This document shows positions 63,180-64,000 of a DNA stretch of 64,000 nucleotides, piece after piece (the stretch's first letter is position 1; each line of letters starts with the position of its first letter). A model generated the notes under the pieces. The model was given only the letters and a program-made list of their open reading frames with translations, had not been told where the DNA came from and searched no databases. The position numbers and the translations under genes were made by a program. This stretch comes from Vitrella brassicaformis CCMP3155 (taxonomy: Eukaryota > Protista > Chromerida). The DNA is taken from positions 62,001 to 126,000 of the forward strand of contig CDMY01000117.1 of the NCBI GenBank assembly GCA_001179505.1. Direction: 5' to 3'.

Positions 63180-64000
63180 CTACGGGGGCCCCGCATCGAT
63201 GAGTGCCTGGATGTGGGGCGCGTACTGCGCATTGAGGGACGCCAGCTCCTCTGCCATGCGGTTGAGGTTCGCCTCGCTGGTGCCGAGCAGTCGCGCAATC
63301 GTCCGGCTCATTAGCTTCATCATCTCACAGGGGTCACGGTGCGCCGGGTGGCGGTGGGCTTGGATGTTCGAGAGCTCGAGGACAACGGTTGCTTTCTCTG
63401 TGATCTTGTTGCACATCTCCACAGGCATATCAACAACCGCCTGCTGCAATGTGGCGCTGAAGGTGAGAAGTCTCGCGCCCACGTAGGTGAAGAGGTGATT
63501 GCGGACGAGGTCGGTGAAGTCGAGGGCCTTCTCGATCAGCTCACGCTTGACGTTGGGGGCACGCAGACGCCTCTGGACAGGTAGGAGAGAAAGACGGCCA
63601 TGCGATGCGTGTGTGCTATATGGGTAGGTGTGTGTTGGTGCGTACGCTGGTGCCGCAATGCTGGTGGATGGCCACCGTCTTGATGTCTTGTGTGTCCACA
63701 ATGGCCACGATGCGCCTCCTCCACTCCTCAGGCGACAGGTACTGAACCAGGCTGAGGGGATCTGAGTATGTGTCTGGGCCCCCCAGAAGATACATCCCGG
63801 GGCCGAGGACAGCGACAAGGGCCTCCTTCTGGCAGAAACACATACAAAAGCACAGGTGAGCGTGTGTGACTGTTGTCCCCTCCTCGTGCGTTCATTCATT
63901 CTTGCCTTACTTACCATGGCCGACTCGCAGACGCTCCCAACGGTTGGCATGAAGAACCACCCCCCATCGCCCACCACACAGCTGCTCTTCCACCAAAACA
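63180..64000 (-). CDS. Hypothetical helical protein, 3' part only (runs off window end)
   Basis: Exons KEALVAVLGPGMYLLGG...PEEWRRRIVAIVD.. and RLRAPNVKRELIEKALDFTDLVRNHLF...IQALIDAGPP* with GT-AG boundaries. Confidence 0.6.
   Translation of the reverse strand, partial: FWWKSSCVVGDGGWFFMPTVGSVCESAMVSKARMNERTRRGQQSHTLTCAFVCVSARRRPLSLSSAPGCIFWGAQTHTQIPSAWFSTCRLRSGGGASWPLWTHKTSRRWPSTSIAAPAYAPTHTYPYSTHASHGRLSLLPVQRRLRAPNVKRELIEKALDFTDLVRNHLFTYVGARLLTFSATLQQAVVDMPVEMCNKITEKATVVLELSNIQAHRHPAHRDPCEMMKLMSRTIARLLGTSEANLNRMAEELASLNAQYAPHIQALIDAGPP

Noticed and set aside
1-64000. Hundreds of six-frame ORFs rich in CVCV, THTH, DGWM and PSLP
   Set aside because: They are translations of intronic microsatellites or GC-rich antisense frames, not genes.
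1-64000. CRISPR arrays, prokaryotic operons, tRNA/rRNA genes, spliced-leader sequence, transposase or RT ORFs
   Set aside because: No regularly spaced repeats, cloverleafs, rRNA-like blocks or mobile-element motifs were seen by eye; the DNA is intron-rich eukaryotic.

Overview
Eukaryotic nuclear DNA: GC-rich and gene-dense, with short GT-AG introns full of (CA)n, (GACA)n and (GGAT)n microsatellites, plus three 300-N assembly gaps. This style and a plastid-type bipartite leader on TypA are consistent with a chromerid alveolate such as Vitrella (inference, not verified). Most six-frame ORFs are spurious or exon fragments, so I traced gene models by hand through splice sites. Recognisable genes: acid lipase, CCDC12/Cwf18, plastid TypA/BipA, GCIP/CCNDBP1-like, SDHB, eIF3e, INCENP-like (IN-box), GINS Psf2, TTLL6/13-like polyglutamylase, a KH + two-LOTUS RNA-binding protein and RIT1, along with several hypothetical genes. 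The standout is 18238-24572 (minus strand). Its 21 exons splice in frame into a ~1,560-aa type I membrane protein: signal peptide, ~1,100-aa repetitive beta-sandwich-like ectodomain, one TM helix, and a cytosolic tankyrase-like ADP-ribosyltransferase domain with an intact H-Y-E triad. This looks like a receptor-PARP. No tRNA, rRNA, CRISPR array or intact mobile element could be supported.
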